This document shows positions 9,004 through 17,281 of a DNA stretch of 40,919 nt, piece by piece. The DNA comes from a virus (taxonomy: Duplodnaviria > Caudoviricetes). The position numbers were made by a program, and so were the translations under genes. The DNA is taken from positions 1 through 40,919 of the IMG/VR virus record IMGVR_UViG_3300032227_001232; one strand, written 5' to 3'. Below the pieces are notes generated by a model. The model saw only the letters and a list, made by a program, of their open reading frames with translations, was not told the DNA's origin and searched no databases. How positions within the stretch are numbered: position 1 is the stretch's first letter; the number at the start of each line of letters is the position of its first letter.

Positions 9004-9249
9004 TTAGTCCTTCTTGGGAAAGTATCTGTTCGTGATACAATCCATAGAATAATGAGCAAGATCAACTGCATTATTGGTCAGCATCTTGGCAAATTCTGTT
9101 TGACTGTTGATATAGTTATGAGCCGCACGATTTAATCTTGGATCTGTAATGATCTTGTCAGTTAAATCGCGTTTGACACCTTGAAATGCATCAATAAAAA
9201 ATGCTGCATTCATTGTAGGCTTGAACCATGGTAGTAAGGGATTAATCAT
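9004..9249 (-). CDS. Small helical protein, possibly phasin-like
   Basis: AGGA RBS. Amphipathic FIDAFQGVK...YINSQTEFAKML. The phasin resemblance is inference only. Confidence 0.5.
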   Translation of the reverse strand: MINPLLPWFKPTMNAAFFIDAFQGVKRDLTDKIITDPRLNRAAHNYINSQTEFAKMLTNNAVDLAHYSMDCITNRYFPKKD

Positions 9250-9326
9250 AATGTGTCTCTGTCCTATATTATATACTTATGCCAATTGATTAGCAACTGA
9301 TTTTTCTTCACTTTGGCTATATTGAA

Positions 9327-9422
9327 TCAATAGTAGTGACGAACATTATTATGCTTGCGGTATTCATAAACAACTTCACCACACGCAACTAAAAATTCAT
9401 AAAATTTGCGGATATATTTCAT
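9327..9422 (-). CDS. Small peptide, 31 aa (not in the ORF track)
   Basis: MKYIRKFYEFLVACGEVVYEYRKHNNVRHYY*. ATGA overlap with the stop of the upstream ORF. Confidence 0.5.
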   Translation of the reverse strand: MKYIRKFYEFLVACGEVVYEYRKHNNVRHYY

Positions 9423-9577
9423 AACATGGTCCGTGTATCGTAAGTGAATCGTCTAATGAGATTGTCAACATCTCCACCATGTTGTGGATTGTGGGCAGCA
9501 ATAAATCGCTCTAAATCTGTTTGATGATTGCTAAAACGGTTAAGTAAACTAATGAATTTACCAAATATCGTAAACAT
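9419..9577 (-). CDS. Small protein, 52 aa, weakly DUF3563-like (not in the ORF track)
   Basis: MFTIFGKFISLLNRFSNHQTDLERFIAAHNPQHGGDVDNLIRRFTYDTRTML*. AAAGGAG RBS. Minus-strand TAAATA at 9629-9634. Confidence 0.6.
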   Translation of the reverse strand: MFTIFGKFISLLNRFSNHQTDLERFIAAHNPQHGGDVDNLIRRFTYDTRTML

Positions 9578-9742
9578 TGTATGTTCTCCTTTGATTTGTG
9601 TGTAGAATGACTCATGGTTTCTACTGAGTATTTAGTAATTATATGCTGCAAAGCAACAAAATTCAATGATTTTTGTCTGAAATTAAATGAATACTTACAA
9701 CCAACCCTAGGTGAGGTAAATATTCAAAAGGATTTCGAACTC

Positions 9743-10042
9743 GTGAAAAGATCAACTCGTAGCTTACTTGAAGAACTCAATAATATTTCTAACAAGCGTA
9801 ACAGCGAAGAAGCAATAGAAAGTCGGGCCACTCATGTTATTGACAGTGCCATTAATCTGCTGAATCTCATCAGAGAAAACTATACAGCAGATCAGGCCTA
9901 TGAACTGGAGCGCAGAATGATCAACAGTATCAAGGGTGGCGATAGTGGTAAATTTGTTCGTAGTATAAGGCGATTACGCGACAATAAGGAAACTGCCCGT
10001 AGTCTACATGTAATCGATGGCGATGTTAAGTCCGACGATTAA
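9743..10042 (+). CDS. Hypothetical phage protein (MKRSTRSLLEELN...)
   Basis: GTG start with AAGGA RBS and TAAATA at 9717. The ORF-track extension to 9614 is probably not translated. Confidence 0.6.
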   Translation: MKRSTRSLLEELNNISNKRNSEEAIESRATHVIDSAINLLNLIRENYTADQAYELERRMINSIKGGDSGKFVRSIRRLRDNKETARSLHVIDGDVKSDD

Positions 10043-10117
10043 TATTTTTTCAAAATCATAAATAAAAACATAGTGAATTTCAAAGGTTGAGATTCCAAAA
10101 AAACAAGGAGAACTAAA

Positions 10118-10501
10118 ATGGCTGGAATTGATAGAATACATGGTCATGTTGTAGCACCTGCAACATTACATGGTGGATACACATTGGCATTTTTCAAAGT
10201 CGCTGGAACCAACGTTGGTACAGCTGACTCGCCCGCAGTTGATAACGGCACCCCAATCACTCTTGGTAATTTTGCCAAGGCGATTCGTGCTATTCAAACC
10301 ATTGCAACAACTGTTTATCTCGGTGCTCGTTCCAACAATCAATTTGTTGTTGGTATCGATGAGCCAAGTGCTAGCAGATTTGTCAGTGCCAATAGCGACA
10401 CAGACCTAGCTGCTGCCATCGATGCAGTTGTTACTGCCGCTACTGGTGTTAGCACAACTGTAACAGATATCAGTGGTCTAAACGCTGGTGACTTACCTTA
10501 A
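10118..10501 (+). CDS. Small Ala/Thr/Gly-rich protein, probable abundant virion protein
   Basis: Strong AAGGAG RBS, TAAATA at 10059 and a terminator downstream. Confidence 0.6.
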   Translation: MAGIDRIHGHVVAPATLHGGYTLAFFKVAGTNVGTADSPAVDNGTPITLGNFAKAIRAIQTIATTVYLGARSNNQFVVGIDEPSASRFVSANSDTDLAAAIDAVVTAATGVSTTVTDISGLNAGDLP

Positions 10502-10522
10502 TTTAATTTAAAATTAAATTGG

Positions 10523-10555
10523 AATAAGGGAGTTTTTTAACTCCCTTATTTTTTT
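10523..10555 (+). terminator. Rho-independent terminator
   Basis: Stem aataagggagtt/aactcccttatt followed by a T-run. Confidence 0.85.
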
Positions 10556-10583
10556 CTCTATAAATATCAAATATAGGTATATT

Positions 10584-11012
10584 ATGGAATTTATAGAAAT
10601 TCAAACACTGATTGATATTACCATGACTCGAGTAACTAGATTAAGTCAAGGAACACAATTACAATTAGATCAGCAGAGAAATTTCATCACTCTTACCCAG
10701 TGTATTGAACTGCGCAGTATTGTGAGCTATGATCTTGGCCCAACTAGCGAGAAAAAAGATATTAAAAATCTCGGATTTGGGACCAATTACAAGGGAAAAA
10801 ATATAGTTTGGACTTTTAGATTCAGTCCTGATAGATCTGGTATCTACACAGACGAAACAGGAAATCCGCTGGGCAATCTTGTTAATGATTTACATGAGGT
10901 TCCAATCATTAAAAATCTAACAGAAAGTATAAATATTGACAAGCCGATCTTCGATATCAAAGACGAAAGGTTTAAAAATACAATCATCAAGGCTCTTCCA
11001 GGCATAGTTTAG
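10584..11012 (+). CDS. Hypothetical phage protein
   Basis: 142-aa ORF after TATAAATA (10559-10566). Confidence 0.7.
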   Translation: MEFIEIQTLIDITMTRVTRLSQGTQLQLDQQRNFITLTQCIELRSIVSYDLGPTSEKKDIKNLGFGTNYKGKNIVWTFRFSPDRSGIYTDETGNPLGNLVNDLHEVPIIKNLTESINIDKPIFDIKDERFKNTIIKALPGIV

Positions 11013-11060
11013 GCAAATATACAGGCAACGTGTTGTCAGATATTTTAATTGGAGGAAGCT

Positions 11061-11297
11061 ATGAGCGTCACAACCGAAATTGAAAAACAGAATTTAGAAG
11101 CACACGTTGAGCTATGTGCCCAACGTTATGAAGCCATTGAACAGCGTTTAGGTGCCATTGAAAGCAAGGTCGGCGCACTACAAAAGACCATTGAAGAAAG
11201 TCATAGCAGCATGGTTAAAGTATTGGTTGGTACAGCTGGTACTGTTGTAACCGGTGTTCTCAGCGTATTGATAGTTATTCTCACCAAAATGGGTTGA
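11061..11297 (+). CDS. Coiled-coil protein with a C-terminal transmembrane helix
   Basis: GGAGG RBS before ATG 11061. LEAHVELCAQRY coiled coil and hydrophobic VVTGVLSVLIVILT. Confidence 0.65.
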   Translation: MSVTTEIEKQNLEAHVELCAQRYEAIEQRLGAIESKVGALQKTIEESHSSMVKVLVGTAGTVVTGVLSVLIVILTKMG

Positions 11298-11301
11298 CAG
11301 T

Positions 11302-11697
11302 GTGAGGGCAAAAGAATTTGTTAACGAAACAACACCGTTAGTTACAGCTATAGCCGCTACTGTAGGTAAATCTGCTCAAGATCCAAAATCCGCCGTACCG
11401 GCTACTACTCAACCGGGTACAGGAACAATAACCAGTCAGGGCACTGGTAATGGAGTTACAGCAACTCCTACGCCAACTACATCTGCCGCTCAACCGGCAA
11501 CAAAATTAACACCGCAGCAGGTTCAGGCTGCTTTGCCCGCAGGAAAGAAATTCTCATATCCCGGAGTTACTGGACAGGTTGAAGTACTTCCGCCTAAGTC
11601 TGGAGAGGCCGACGTTAACTTACGCATACCCGAAATAGGCGATGTTGAAATCGATCCAGAAACTATTAGCAAGTTAGCCGGAATGGCACCAAAATGA
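11302..11697 (+). CDS. Thr/Pro/Ala-rich hypothetical protein, possible internal virion protein
   Basis: GTG start, MRAKEFVNE N-terminal motif. Confidence 0.6.
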   Translation: MRAKEFVNETTPLVTAIAATVGKSAQDPKSAVPATTQPGTGTITSQGTGNGVTATPTPTTSAAQPATKLTPQQVQAALPAGKKFSYPGVTGQVEVLPPKSGEADVNLRIPEIGDVEIDPETISKLAGMAPK

Positions 11698-11906
11698 AAA
11701 TCAATCAATTGCTGTCCGGTCATCACATAATGATTACCAATGAAGAACAGAAATTTATCAATCGCAATCGTTCCTCGGTGAAACTTACCGCCCTGGATGA
11801 AAGAGATAGTTGGTTAGCTCAAAACCTTGTGCGCAAAGGTCTGTATAACATAAGTAAAGATAACAATACTTTAATACGGGCTGTCAAGGATGACGATCAC
11901 AGCTGA
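11694..11906 (+). CDS. Hypothetical phage protein
   Basis: ATGA overlap with the upstream gene. Confidence 0.65.
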   Translation: MKINQLLSGHHIMITNEEQKFINRNRSSVKLTALDERDSWLAQNLVRKGLYNISKDNNTLIRAVKDDDHS

Positions 11907-12357
11907 AGAGCTTTATAAAAAATTTACCAAAGTCACTGCAGAAGTTCGAGAGGACTTTCGGCAACGCGGATTTATCATTCCTGTTTCCAATGCAGATGGC
12001 AGTATCTCGATAGGCCCTTATCGCATTGTTAAAGATAAAAACGATTTATATAACATAGTAGATCGTCGAAATAGAATAGAGATTGAAGGTATCAATCTAC
12101 CCCAAACTGCTATAATCATGGCCAATGATTTGGCACTGTGTAAGTTTTTAAATCGAGATCTTATTAAAAGAGATCAAGAATACGGATATGCACTATTTAA
12201 AGAACAAATCTACAAACGCGCCTTACAACGCAGCAAGAATCACTCAATTGATCGATTTGAACTATTATTGTTTAGAAGTACATCAAATCGTGAGAAAAAA
12301 GAACGTTGCCGACGTGATATAGAACGTGGTTTTGAAAAACTGACGAAAATCTTATAA
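11890..12357 (+). CDS. Hypothetical phage protein
   Basis: 155-aa ORF overlapping the upstream stop and filling the gap to the next promoter. Confidence 0.65.
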   Translation: MTITAEELYKKFTKVTAEVREDFRQRGFIIPVSNADGSISIGPYRIVKDKNDLYNIVDRRNRIEIEGINLPQTAIIMANDLALCKFLNRDLIKRDQEYGYALFKEQIYKRALQRSKNHSIDRFELLLFRSTSNREKKERCRRDIERGFEKLTKIL

Positions 12358-12389
12358 ATAGATTTAGTATTTTCTGGAACACCATATAT

Positions 12390-14087
12390 ATGAAGACCAA
12401 TGATTTTCAACCCACACTGACCAGTCGTCAACTACAGGAAAATATTTTCCGTCAATTTGGCACACGTATTGCCTTGGAAAAATATGACCGTGTAAGATTA
12501 GAAAATGTTAGAAATCTACTTCGTACCAAGGTAGACCAAACAGAAAAAAGCGCTGGCGTAAATGATTTACTGACCAACGAAACATATCAAAAAGACAAGG
12601 CAATGCTACAATTGCTCAACACAAGGATTAAAGAAATGCTAGGCGAAGACATCAAAACACTACGTGACAAATTGGATGCAATTAACGAAGGGAAGAAAAG
12701 CATGAAAGATCCCATTAGAACTACAAAGGCTAAAGGATCCAAACCGGACTTTTTAGATTTAGACAAAGACGGTAACAAGACCGAGCCAATGAAGAAGGCC
12801 ACAAAGGATGCCAAGATGAAGGAAGCCATCAAAAAAGATAGAAAAGAATTAGAAGGTAATGCATTTGGTAATGCTGTTCAAAATGCCAAACGAGATGGTG
12901 TTCAACCTGGCGAAAAGATCAAAGTGGGCGGCAAAGAATATCCAGTCAAGGAAAACGATGCTAAAACCAATGCTGCAAATGATATGAGTAAAGAGCTAAG
13001 AAAACGCGGTGGCGATCAGGATACACCTAGCAAGTTTAATAAAAATGGAAACCGTTATACTCGTAAAAGCGGCACATTTAGCGATGAGCCCCACAAAGAA
13101 AAAGCCAGCACCGCTCGTACCAAGGCTGACACACAGGCCAAGAAAGACGATGCTGCCAAGAGTCAAGATTACGATGCCGGTCCGCGCAAAGTTCGCAAAG
13201 ACGGCGAAACTCATTATTACATTGGCAAAAAGAAATGCTCCAAAGATGATTATGATGCTGCCATGCTCAAGATTGACAAACGTGCCAGCCAGGCTAAACG
13301 CCTAGCTGCAATGGGCGAAGCTGTTGGTGAAAAAGAATGTAATCACAGTACCAAAGGCAAGCGCTGCCCAGTACATGGTCTACAAGAGTGCGGAATGGTG
13401 TACGAAGGTGAGGATGAAGGAAAGCCAGGCAAGAACTTTGCCAAGATTGCCAAAGATGCCGGTAAACGCTATGGTAGCAAAGAAGCAGGCGAACGTGTAG
13501 CCGGTTCTGTGCGTAACAAGTTAAAGAAGCAAGGTAAACTTGAAGAAGCACATCAAATCTTCAAGCGTCATGTTAAGATTGTTAACGAAAGTCTAGCATA
13601 TCTACTAAGTGAAAACGAAGAAGATAAAGCCAAGGCCATTACTGCTGCTGGTGATATTGTCAATGACTACACTAGCTGGATGCAGCGTGTTGGTCAATAT
13701 CAAACCAAGAGCATGATTGAGCTAAGTGACAGCATCCGCGGTGACTTTGGTGTACAACAAGCCGAAGCATTTAAGAATGCAGTAGCACCGGCCCTGTCCG
13801 CTACACTAGAAGTTCTAACAGCACAGCGCGAAGCAATCAGCAATGCTGTGGCAGTGCTGGCAGGTGAGCAGATTCCAGAAACTCCAATGGGTACCGAGCC
13901 AGGGATGGAACCAAGTATGGATATGGCCGGTCCAGACATGATGAACGAGCCTGCTGATGAGTTTGGTGCTGCCGATGCTGCTGCTGGAGCAGGTACACCA
14001 GGACGTGAAATGCGCGAAAGTGCTGCTCAACGTCGTGCCCGTAGACTAGCAGAAAGTCACAGCATCATGAGCAAACTTGCCAGATGA
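12390..14087 (+). CDS. Large charged modular protein, probable prohead core or scaffold-type protein
   Basis: TATAAATA at 12353. Lys/Glu-rich, many hydrophobic-x-E junctions, EF-hand-like DLDKDGNKTE and a Cys/His module CNHS...CPVHGLQEC. Confidence 0.5.
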   Translation: MKTNDFQPTLTSRQLQENIFRQFGTRIALEKYDRVRLENVRNLLRTKVDQTEKSAGVNDLLTNETYQKDKAMLQLLNTRIKEMLGEDIKTLRDKLDAINEGKKSMKDPIRTTKAKGSKPDFLDLDKDGNKTEPMKKATKDAKMKEAIKKDRKELEGNAFGNAVQNAKRDGVQPGEKIKVGGKEYPVKENDAKTNAANDMSKELRKRGGDQDTPSKFNKNGNRYTRKSGTFSDEPHKEKASTARTKADTQAKKDDAAKSQDYDAGPRKVRKDGETHYYIGKKKCSKDDYDAAMLKIDKRASQAKRLAAMGEAVGEKECNHSTKGKRCPVHGLQECGMVYEGEDEGKPGKNFAKIAKDAGKRYGSKEAGERVAGSVRNKLKKQGKLEEAHQIFKRHVKIVNESLAYLLSENEEDKAKAITAAGDIVNDYTSWMQRVGQYQTKSMIELSDSIRGDFGVQQAEAFKNAVAPALSATLEVLTAQREAISNAVAVLAGEQIPETPMGTEPGMEPSMDMAGPDMMNEPADEFGAADAAAGAGTPGREMRESAAQRRARRLAESHSIMSKLAR

Positions 14088-14428
14088 GATTATTTGAAGT
14101 AGCCAGCCCTGCAGACGTCAACGGTATTATGAATGTGGTCAAGGGGTTGGCCGATCGCATGGGGCAAAATGCTAAAATACCCTTTGCTGCTTTTAAACGC
14201 TATATCAATGGCGATGAAATCGGTGTAGGTACTCCTGAAGCATTAATAGTATTAAAAAATAAAATTGATGGTACTGGTGATACACTGTTTGATGTAGACG
14301 CTACCACAGGTGTAGTTACTCTAAATACCAGAAAGAAGGATGCCGCACAAGCCGCAGCCAACAAGCCCGCTGGCCCTACAGTGGATCAAATGGCATCCAG
14401 CAATACAGATTTAACACCAAATCTTTGA
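14084..14428 (+). CDS. Hypothetical phage protein (MRLFEV...)
   Basis: ATGA overlap with the upstream gene. Confidence 0.65.
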   Translation: MRLFEVASPADVNGIMNVVKGLADRMGQNAKIPFAAFKRYINGDEIGVGTPEALIVLKNKIDGTGDTLFDVDATTGVVTLNTRKKDAAQAAANKPAGPTVDQMASSNTDLTPNL

Positions 14429-14453
14429 CACAGTGAGAATTCTGTAGTATAAT
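14425..14453 (+). promoter_or_regulatory. Consensus sigma70-type promoter
   Basis: TTGACA (14425-14430), 17 bp spacer, TATAAT (14448-14453). The ATG is only 7 nt downstream. Confidence 0.85.
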
Positions 14454-14460
14454 TAACTAC

Positions 14461-15159
14461 ATGAAAACTTACAATCCCCCTGCTTTTGTCGAACGATTCC
14501 AATATAAAAATTGTGTTCAAATAAACGATCCTGTTACCAGGAAACGTGTTTATCAAACTCCTGATGGTGAAAAACTGCCTAGTGTAACTACTATTCTTGG
14601 TGCTACTAAAGATATGACAGCACTGAATGAATGGCGTAAAAGGATTGGTGAGGATAAGGCTGCACAGATCACTAAAGAAGCAGCCGGAGTGGGAACTGCC
14701 ATGCATGCCAATCTAGAAAGATTTATTATTGGAGAGCAACGTCAGCCGGGCAATAACCCAGTCCATGTGCAGGCCAATGCCATGGCCGATGTCATCATTG
14801 AAAACGGACTGAGTAAACTCAGTGAAGTGTGGGCGTTAGAACAGTCATTATACTTCCCCGGGCTGTATTCGGGTACCACAGATGGCATTGGAGTGTTTGA
14901 CGGCGAACCTGCTGTATTTGACCACAAACAAACCAACAAACCCAAGAAAGAAGAATGGGTTGAAGATTATTACCTACAACTTACAGCTTATATTCTAGCA
15001 CACAACGAAGTCTACGGTACAGATATCCGGCGTGGTGTGGTGTTTATGTGTAGTAGAGATTTACAATACCAACAATTTAATCTGCTACCGCAGGATTTTA
15101 ACAAATATCAAGACATGTGGCTTGACAAAGTTCAGGAATATTATAACCTGACCAAATAG
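14461..15159 (+). CDS. PD-(D/E)xK exonuclease (RecB-like/MGME1-like phage exonuclease)
   Basis: LPSVTTIL, GTAMHANLE, E-x9-GTTD...FDHKQ and YYLQLTAY motifs. Confidence 0.85.
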   Translation: MKTYNPPAFVERFQYKNCVQINDPVTRKRVYQTPDGEKLPSVTTILGATKDMTALNEWRKRIGEDKAAQITKEAAGVGTAMHANLERFIIGEQRQPGNNPVHVQANAMADVIIENGLSKLSEVWALEQSLYFPGLYSGTTDGIGVFDGEPAVFDHKQTNKPKKEEWVEDYYLQLTAYILAHNEVYGTDIRRGVVFMCSRDLQYQQFNLLPQDFNKYQDMWLDKVQEYYNLTK

Positions 15160-15188
15160 ATAAATATCCTATAGAGAGGATATTTCTA

Positions 15189-16802
15189 ATGGCCGTAATT
15201 GAGATCGCGAAAATTCAGGTCCGCCGTGGGCAAGAACTACAAACAGGTGTACCCAGGTTAGATCCTGGAGAATTCGGGTGGGCCGAGGATACCGAACATC
15301 TTTACATTGGTAAGCGTATAGTAGAAGGCGCCAACAGTGACGAAAATAGTCGTATTCTAACAGAAAGCGATCTTAATAATATTTTTTCTTTATTAGGTGC
15401 TAATAATACATTAACGTTAACAACAGTATATCAATATAGAGATGGTATTTTTGGTGATTTTCATACACCTGCTCGAATAGTACAAGGTAAATTAGATGAC
15501 TATGTAGGATTAACAGATTTTGGTGTTGTCACCAGTTCGACCGCAGCAGATATTACATTAAATTTTCAACATGCTGTAGAAGATCTCTTTGACGGTGATG
15601 AAAATAATCGTAGGCAATTAAGGATCCCGGCCGGTAATTATATAGTTACAGCTACAATAACCTTACCATCATACACCACTATAATTGGCGAAGGATCAGG
15701 ATTAACTAAACTTATTTTAACCAGTCCGACTGAAAGTATGTTTAAAAGTAAAGTTCAAAATGGTAGAGATGGAAGTAATCATATAACACTATCGGGTATG
15801 ACATTAGAATATGCCAAAAATTTAAATTCCAATGCTGCTTTATTGTCTTTGGATAGAGTTTCCAACGTAATAATTGAGGATGTGAGATTTACTACATCGA
15901 GCACTTTTACCATGACCAACTTTGGTATAGGGATTAGTGTGAGTGGTAAAGGAGATAGTATAGTAGAAAGAAGTGAAGATATCTATGTTGACAATTGTGA
16001 ATTTTCCAGCGTTGGAATAGGTATACTTGGAACCGGAACAGTTCTTCATCCTGTTATTAGTAATAGTGTATTCAACAACCTACAACAAGGCATTAAGTTT
16101 GATTCGGCAAATATTGGTGCTCCGTCAAGTTTTCCTGCTCCGTTAGATGGTGTTATTATATCTAATAGATTTGAAAAAATTATTAGAGAAGGTATCTTTG
16201 TAGGAACAAGTTCTAATAGAACTAATCATGTTAGCGAAAATAATATATTTAGAGAAGTAGGAACCGGTCCCGATCCCAACGGAAATCCTAGATCTGATGA
16301 AACTGCTTCAATTGCTTATCCTGTTATAACATTCTCGGGCTCGGGTAATCGTTCAATTAATGACCATTTTGAACGACAGGTTAAAGCTACCGATATGAGC
16401 AGAGTATTTTATTATAATCCACTGGTAAAAGGTCTCGTTACTATAACCAGCGGCGCAATTTACACTGCTACAATTGCGAGTCGTGCAACAACATCTATTG
16501 TAAAAATACCATTAATAGGTGAAGACCTAAAAGTTACTGTAGATTACAGCATGAGAGATTCTAATTATTCCAGAAAAGGCTTGTTGATTGCTAATATTAC
16601 CAGTGGGAAAGACGGTAACGAAGTTTATGGATCTACATATGATCATTATGATTATTCGTATGTAGATGAAGTAACTGATCCTGCATTTAATATAGATTAT
16701 GCATTGAGCAATGTTAATAACTATAACTATGTAGTATTAATATGCTCTAACAGCAACAACACACCTTATACAATTTCGTATCAAATTGGTTTTCTATCCT
16801 AA
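15189..16802 (+). CDS. Tail fibre or spike protein with a pectate-lyase-like beta-helix
   Basis: N-terminal IQVRRG...LDPGEFGWAED...LYIG fibre-attachment motif. LTDFGV and LRIPAGNYIV...IIGEG lead into parallel beta-helix repeats. Confidence 0.7.
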   Translation: MAVIEIAKIQVRRGQELQTGVPRLDPGEFGWAEDTEHLYIGKRIVEGANSDENSRILTESDLNNIFSLLGANNTLTLTTVYQYRDGIFGDFHTPARIVQGKLDDYVGLTDFGVVTSSTAADITLNFQHAVEDLFDGDENNRRQLRIPAGNYIVTATITLPSYTTIIGEGSGLTKLILTSPTESMFKSKVQNGRDGSNHITLSGMTLEYAKNLNSNAALLSLDRVSNVIIEDVRFTTSSTFTMTNFGIGISVSGKGDSIVERSEDIYVDNCEFSSVGIGILGTGTVLHPVISNSVFNNLQQGIKFDSANIGAPSSFPAPLDGVIISNRFEKIIREGIFVGTSSNRTNHVSENNIFREVGTGPDPNGNPRSDETASIAYPVITFSGSGNRSINDHFERQVKATDMSRVFYYNPLVKGLVTITSGAIYTATIASRATTSIVKIPLIGEDLKVTVDYSMRDSNYSRKGLLIANITSGKDGNEVYGSTYDHYDYSYVDEVTDPAFNIDYALSNVNNYNYVVLICSNSNNTPYTISYQIGFLS

Positions 16803-16809
16803 TATAAAG

Positions 16810-17244
16810 ATGTTCAAACAATCACCTGATGACAGGTTATCTACCTGGGCACAGCATCGTAATCAGTTAGACCAATGCGATGATCCTTATACTGCCGTAT
16901 GGGAGTTTTGGAAGTCAGCTCCTTTTGTTCCATATAACCCTGATGTAGATCCATTTTATCCACACGGCTGGCCAACTCCTTGGGAAATCATAGTGGAAAA
17001 TCGTTATGATGATTTTACCAAGGCACTGATGATAGGTTACAGTTTGAAGTGGACAAAAAGGTTTGAAAATACGCCAGTTGAAATACGCACAGTCGTTGAT
17101 TCTGCAAAGAACATGTCATATAATATAGTATGCGTTGACAACAAATGGGCTATCAACTATGCAGATGCAGGCCCTATCGAAATGAAAAACTGGCCAGATA
17201 ATTTTTCGGTAGAAAACCTGGTTGAGCTTCAGGTCTCTCGCTAA
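16810..17244 (+). CDS. Hypothetical protein, weakly transglutaminase-like (BTLCP) fold
   Basis: WPTPWEII...YDDFTKAL resembles the WxTPxE...GDCED motif but lacks the Cys. ATG 16810 preferred. Confidence 0.5.
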   Translation: MFKQSPDDRLSTWAQHRNQLDQCDDPYTAVWEFWKSAPFVPYNPDVDPFYPHGWPTPWEIIVENRYDDFTKALMIGYSLKWTKRFENTPVEIRTVVDSAKNMSYNIVCVDNKWAINYADAGPIEMKNWPDNFSVENLVELQVSR

Positions 17245-17281
17245 ATATCTTTCTCAGCAAAATAATTTAGGAATTAACAAT

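Noticed and set aside
14461-15159. Cas4 as part of a CRISPR system
   Set aside because: It lacks the four-Cys Fe-S pattern and any CRISPR context. An ordinary phage PD-(D/E)xK exonuclease fits better.
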